Assembly: GCA_002269645.1 (NCBI GenBank)
Contig: NIVC01001735.1
Span: 118,888-182,887 of the forward strand
Origin: Macrostomum lignano
Taxonomy: Eukaryota
DNA: 64,000 nt
Direction: 5' to 3'
In this document: one piece after another, positions 61,504 through 64,000 of the stretch
How the letters are laid out: every line of letters begins with the position of its first letter
How positions within the stretch are numbered: the first letter of the stretch is position 1
Made by a program: the position numbers and the translations under genes
Notes under the pieces: model-generated
The model's input: only the letters and a program-made list of their open reading frames with translations
What the model was told of the DNA's origin: nothing
Database searches by the model: none

Positions 61504-62202
61504 ATGCAGCCATTCGCTTCCAGAACAGTCGACGGCATTCGCTACCGTCTGGTTGCTCCGTCGGACGCCGCCGCCTTGGAGGAGTTGGCGTTGAAAGAGT
61601 TCTGCGGCCGGATGCCGCTCTACCAGCAGGTAGGCGCCACCTCCCGGTCCGATGTGGAGCTCTCCATGGATTTTCTGCCCAAGCTGGCGCTGGCTGGCGA
61701 GTCTCTGGTGGCCGAGGACGCCGGCTCCGGCCAGCTGGTCGGCGCTCGGCTCTCCGCCGTTGAACGTCGCGACTCCTGGCCGCCGTCGAAGCATCCGCTG
61801 ATGGTGGACGCCGAGCTGCAGGCCCGCTATCCAAAGGAGAGCATCGTGATGCGAGCCGCTGACGCCACGCTGACCGCGGCAAACTATTTCGGCGCCTATT
61901 CCGACGTGAGCGCCGCTATGGTGTCGCGCATGCTGGCCGTGCGCGAGTCCCACGGACGGCGCGGCATCGGGCGCCGTTTGCAGGAGTTCGCGCTCGAGCT
62001 GGCGCCAAGCATAGGCGCCCAATTGGTGGTCGGCCTGACGCAGAGCTATTATTCTCAGCGGATCTACGAGGATCTGCAGTTTGAGAGGGTCTACGCCGAG
62101 ACCATCCCGGATTATGTCGATCCGGCCACTGGCGACAAACCGTTTGCCGGTCTGGCGGGCACAGTGCACCAGGAGGCTGTGGTCTTTGCCAAGCGGGTCT
62201 GA
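61504..62202 (+). CDS. GNAT N-acetyltransferase, insect-aaNAT-like, intronless
   Basis: IRYRLVAPSD..EFCGRMPL; acetyl-CoA loop LAVRESHGRRGIGRRL; TQSYYSQRIYEDLQF. Confidence 0.82.
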   Translation: MQPFASRTVDGIRYRLVAPSDAAALEELALKEFCGRMPLYQQVGATSRSDVELSMDFLPKLALAGESLVAEDAGSGQLVGARLSAVERRDSWPPSKHPLMVDAELQARYPKESIVMRAADATLTAANYFGAYSDVSAAMVSRMLAVRESHGRRGIGRRLQEFALELAPSIGAQLVVGLTQSYYSQRIYEDLQFERVYAETIPDYVDPATGDKPFAGLAGTVHQEAVVFAKRV

Positions 62203-62262
62203 CTGAGGCTATTCGTCTGGGTAGAGGTTTATCGAACTAGAGTCCTAAGTGCTGAGTCCCTT

Positions 62263-63030
62263 GATTCTAGGGTCAGAGACGCAGATTCTAGGGTCTGCGA
62301 CGCGGATTCTAGGGTCTGAGTCACGGGTTCTAGGGTCTGAGACACGGATTCTAGGGTCTGAGTCACGGATTCTTGGGTCTGAGACGCAGATTCCAGGGTC
62401 TGAGTCACGGATTCTAGGGTCTGAGTCACGGATTCTAGGGTCTGAGACGCAGATTCTAGGGTCTGCGACGCGGAGTCTAGGGTCTGAGTCACGGATTCTA
62501 GGGTCTGAGACGCAGATTCTAGGGTCTGCGACGCGGAGTCTAGGGTCTGAGTCACGGATTCTAGGGTCTGAGTCACGGATTCTAGGATCTGAGACGCGGA
62601 TTCTAGGGTCTGAGTCGCGGATTCTAGGGTCTGAGACGCAGATTCTAGGATCTGAGACGCAGATTCTGGGTCTGAGACACGGATTCTAGGGCCTGAGACG
62701 CGGATTCTAGGGTCTGAGTCGCGGATTCTAGGGTCTGAGACGCGGATTCTGGGTCTGAGACACGGATTCTAGGGCCTGAGACGCGGATTCTAGGATCAGA
62801 TACACGGATTCTAGGGTCTGAGTCGCGGATTCTAGGGTCTGAGACGCAGATTCTAGGGTCTGAGACGCGGATTCTTGGGTCTGAGACGCAGATTCCAGGG
62901 TCTGAGACGCGGATTCTAGGGTCTGAGTCACGGATTCTAGGGTCTGAGTCACAGATTCTAGGGTCTGAGACGCGGATTCTGGGTCTGGGACACGGATTCT
63001 AGGGTCAGATACACGGATTCAAAGGTCTGA
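62263..63030. repeat. 20/21-bp minisatellite (gattctagggtctgagtcacg variants)
   Basis: Tandem units seen directly. Confidence 0.94.
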
Positions 63031-63422
63031 ACAAGGAAAACTTGATAACTCAGGACCGGAAACGAGCCAATTCATGGCGAAAAAAGTATGAGGCTCGTTT
63101 AAAAGCATTGTTCTATGGCCCGTCCGTATGCGCATGCTTTCAGTTGCCAATGTATACTCGTATCATATTTGACTTTTTGATAGGCACTCAGAAGGCGGGT
63201 GCAGGGTCGGTTTTCTTAAATGTTGAATATTTTTATTACATTAAGTAACCGTCGTGAAAATACACAATGGGAAAGCTGTACATGCAGCACATGTATAAGG
63301 AAACTCGAGAAAAATTTACGATTCTTTCTTCATCTGAACTACAAACAGAGAAGAAAATAACAGTCACAGAACGGGACAAGAGCTGACTATGATAAATAGT
63401 GAAGTGTTTGCTCCAGGTTCGC

Positions 63423-64000
63423 TCACTGTCCACTCAGCTTCAGTATTTTTCTATCGTGCACTTTATCCGGTGAAGGAGCGCTCTTTGCTCCTCGTTGAAC
63501 ATAACCCTTGAAGAAACAGTTGGTGAGGCGCACGCAGCATCCCAGAACATCTGCTTCAGGGAAGTAAAACTCGCCAACGGCAGCAAACAATTTGCGCACT
63601 CGCAAAGCACATGACGGTGATCGCAGCGAAATGAAGCATCCGAAATAGAGGCAAGCAAAATTGAACAGCCACTTTGGCGGGTGCTTCAACTTTCCCCGGG
63701 AAATCATTTCAGTGAATTCACCGAGTGGGGTGTTTAAATTTTCGGCAGGATCATCACCGGCAATTTTCTCCTTTAACGTTATGTAGCCTGAAATGTTATT
63801 ATTATGCCTCAGTTGTCCTTCGCCTCAGCAATCGTTATTTCCATCCAAGTTTAAGTACACAAATGCATGCCTTACCTGCAATATAATAAACAGATGCCTT
63901 TTCGGCCATTGATAGGCTCTCAGCTTTGCGTAGCAGTCATCGAGCGTCGAAAGTTCTTCGTCTGAAAGGGGCGTGTCGCAGCAAAGTCCTTTGTTGTGCA
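63423..64000 (-). mobile_element. 3' part of a P-element/THAP9-like transposase (exons 63876-64000 and 63423-63787), with an apparent frameshift; truncated by the window edge
   Basis: Spliced EKASVYYIA|GYITLKEK and MISRGKLKHPP resemble P-superfamily C-terminal YIAGY and SRGGL.YPS motifs; GTAAG..TTTCAG intron 63788-63875. Confidence 0.68.

Noticed and set aside
62229-62952. Repetitive ORFs (QTLESAS / LGSESRI)
   Set aside because: Products of the 21-bp minisatellite downstream of the GNAT stop

Overview
Eukaryotic (animal) genomic DNA with GT-AG introns. GC-rich exons lie among AT-rich spacers and many minisatellites, and most introns carry their own array. This resembles free-living flatworm (Macrostomum-like) genomes, but the taxon is my inference. 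Spliced models reconstructed by hand with frame-consistent junctions: Orai Ca2+ channel (+, 2 exons), ACAP/centaurin-beta ArfGAP (-, 5 exons), coproporphyrinogen III oxidase (+, 3 exons), a MacroD-type macrodomain protein (+, 3 exons) and an orphan with an internally duplicated domain (-, 2 exons). Single-exon ORFs: two identical double-alpha-crystallin small HSPs in a head-to-head inverted duplication with HSE/TATA promoters, an orphan in the spacer between them, a divergent TRP-like channel, MRPL12 and an aaNAT-like GNAT. Mobile DNA: a complete 2,970-bp Chapaev-like transposon (CAC..GTG ends, 122-bp TIRs, 4-bp TSD, intact 686-aa ORF), the 3' part of a P-element-like transposase, tRNA-derived and CORE SINEs, and five hAT-type MITEs with 8-bp TSDs. 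Most striking: three of these MITEs carry a ~64-nt segment matching the conserved 28S rRNA region around the R2/I-PpoI target site, with the target site itself mutated. All homology calls rest on remembered family motifs, not database searches.
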